Virus genome (UHGV): UHGV-0139776
Length of the DNA: 64,000 nucleotides
Strand: one strand, 5' to 3'
Origin: a virus
Of the stretch, positions 63,491 through 64,000 are shown piece after piece. How positions within the stretch are numbered: the stretch's first letter is position 1; every line of letters begins with the position of its first letter. A model generated the notes under the pieces. That model did no database searches and was not told the origin of the DNA. It was given only the letters and a program-made list of their open reading frames with translations. A program made the translations under genes and the position numbers.

Positions 63491-63507
63491 ACCAACGTTT
63501 TTATGTG
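63482..63507 (-). other. invertase crossover site 4
   Basis: TTCCCCCAAACC-AA-CGTTTTTATGTG; holds the stop of cassette 5. Confidence 0.75.
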
Positions 63508-63974
63508 GCCCTTACAATGTAATTAAAAGCAACGTTGCGGGGGCGCATTGATATCCATGCCCCGGTAAAATTATCCTCTGCCGTCCTTTGAGTGCCTGTT
63601 ATGGAGTTATCTGATGATGCTGGAACATAATCGCTATTATTTCCTGCTTTAGGATTAGCAGGGTTTCCAACAGTTATAACAGAATCAGCAGTAGCATAAG
63701 CGATACCTACTTTGACATTAGTATTCAGATCGTAACCGTAATAATCCTGCAAAGCTGTACGAATAAATGTTGCAGTCTGACCACTTAGCAATGAACGCCC
63801 TGTATCAATCCCTCTCGAATCATCCCAACCACGGATAAATTCACCGCGTAAATCAGGTAATTTTAACGTTGGGTAAGCCTTTGCCAGCTTGGGGTACTTT
63901 TCAGAAGAAAATGCTGCCCCGTTGCATTTTAGCCACCCCGTTGGCGGTGTGGCTGAGGGCCACGGAACAGGCAC
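63501..63974 (-). CDS. tail-fibre C-terminal cassette 5 (currently joined to the constant part beyond the window)
   Basis: conserved N part continues in frame to the window edge; C end RPRNVAFNYIVRAT. Confidence 0.7.
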   Translation of the reverse strand: MPVPWPSATPPTGWLKCNGAAFSSEKYPKLAKAYPTLKLPDLRGEFIRGWDDSRGIDTGRSLLSGQTATFIRTALQDYYGYDLNTNVKVGIAYATADSVITVGNPANPKAGNNSDYVPASSDNSITGTQRTAEDNFTGAWISMRPRNVAFNYIVRAT

Positions 63975-63995
63975 ACCAACGGGCAGCGCCGAGCC

Positions 63996-64000
63996 TTCCC
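63996..64000 (-). other. invertase crossover site 5 (truncated by window end)
   Basis: begins TTCCC after the same GCCGAGCC context that precedes sites 3 and 4. Confidence 0.5.

Noticed and set aside
60950-64000. Possible CRISPR array suggested by regularly spaced repeats
   Set aside because: The repeats are 26-bp recombinase sites plus about 150-bp conserved coding ends, spaced about 450 bp apart and in inverted orientations; this is a cassette-inversion system, not a CRISPR array.

Overview
This window reads as a large segment of a P1-like temperate phage-plasmid (Punavirus-type), recognised from the sequence itself: a perfect 34-bp loxP site (34372-34405) followed by a 343-aa Cre recombinase, a 283-aa C1 repressor with Coi, a pac site of 4+3 TGATCA hexamers inside pacA, the phd-doc addiction module, a LexA box in front of humD, a DnaB-like helicase (ban), three tRNA genes, the 2255-aa DarB, portal/protease, a SAR endolysin, SSB, the darA/lyd operon, and about a dozen copies of the 17-bp C1 operator ATTGCTCTAATAAATTT. 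Gene symbols are assigned from my recollection of P1 gene order and sizes, with no database search, so they are hypotheses. Coordinates for non-CDS features were counted by hand and may be off by 1-2 bp. The most unusual feature is at the right end: the tail-fibre invertible region has at least five hix/gix/cix-like crossover sites and five alternative tail-fibre C-terminal cassettes with a single tfa gene, unlike the two-site P1 C-segment and resembling a Min-type multi-inversion shufflon. Beside it sits a decayed remnant of a second cin-like invertase gene. Other points worth a second look are a mosaic array of hairpin repeats around the tRNA genes, a possible C1-controlled small RNA, an AT-rich GNAT acetyltransferase cassette where P1 carries res-mod, a catalytically degenerate PacB (terminase) paralogue, and an ASCH plus truncated PAPS-reductase-like pair. 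No CRISPR array, reverse transcriptase or transposase was seen.
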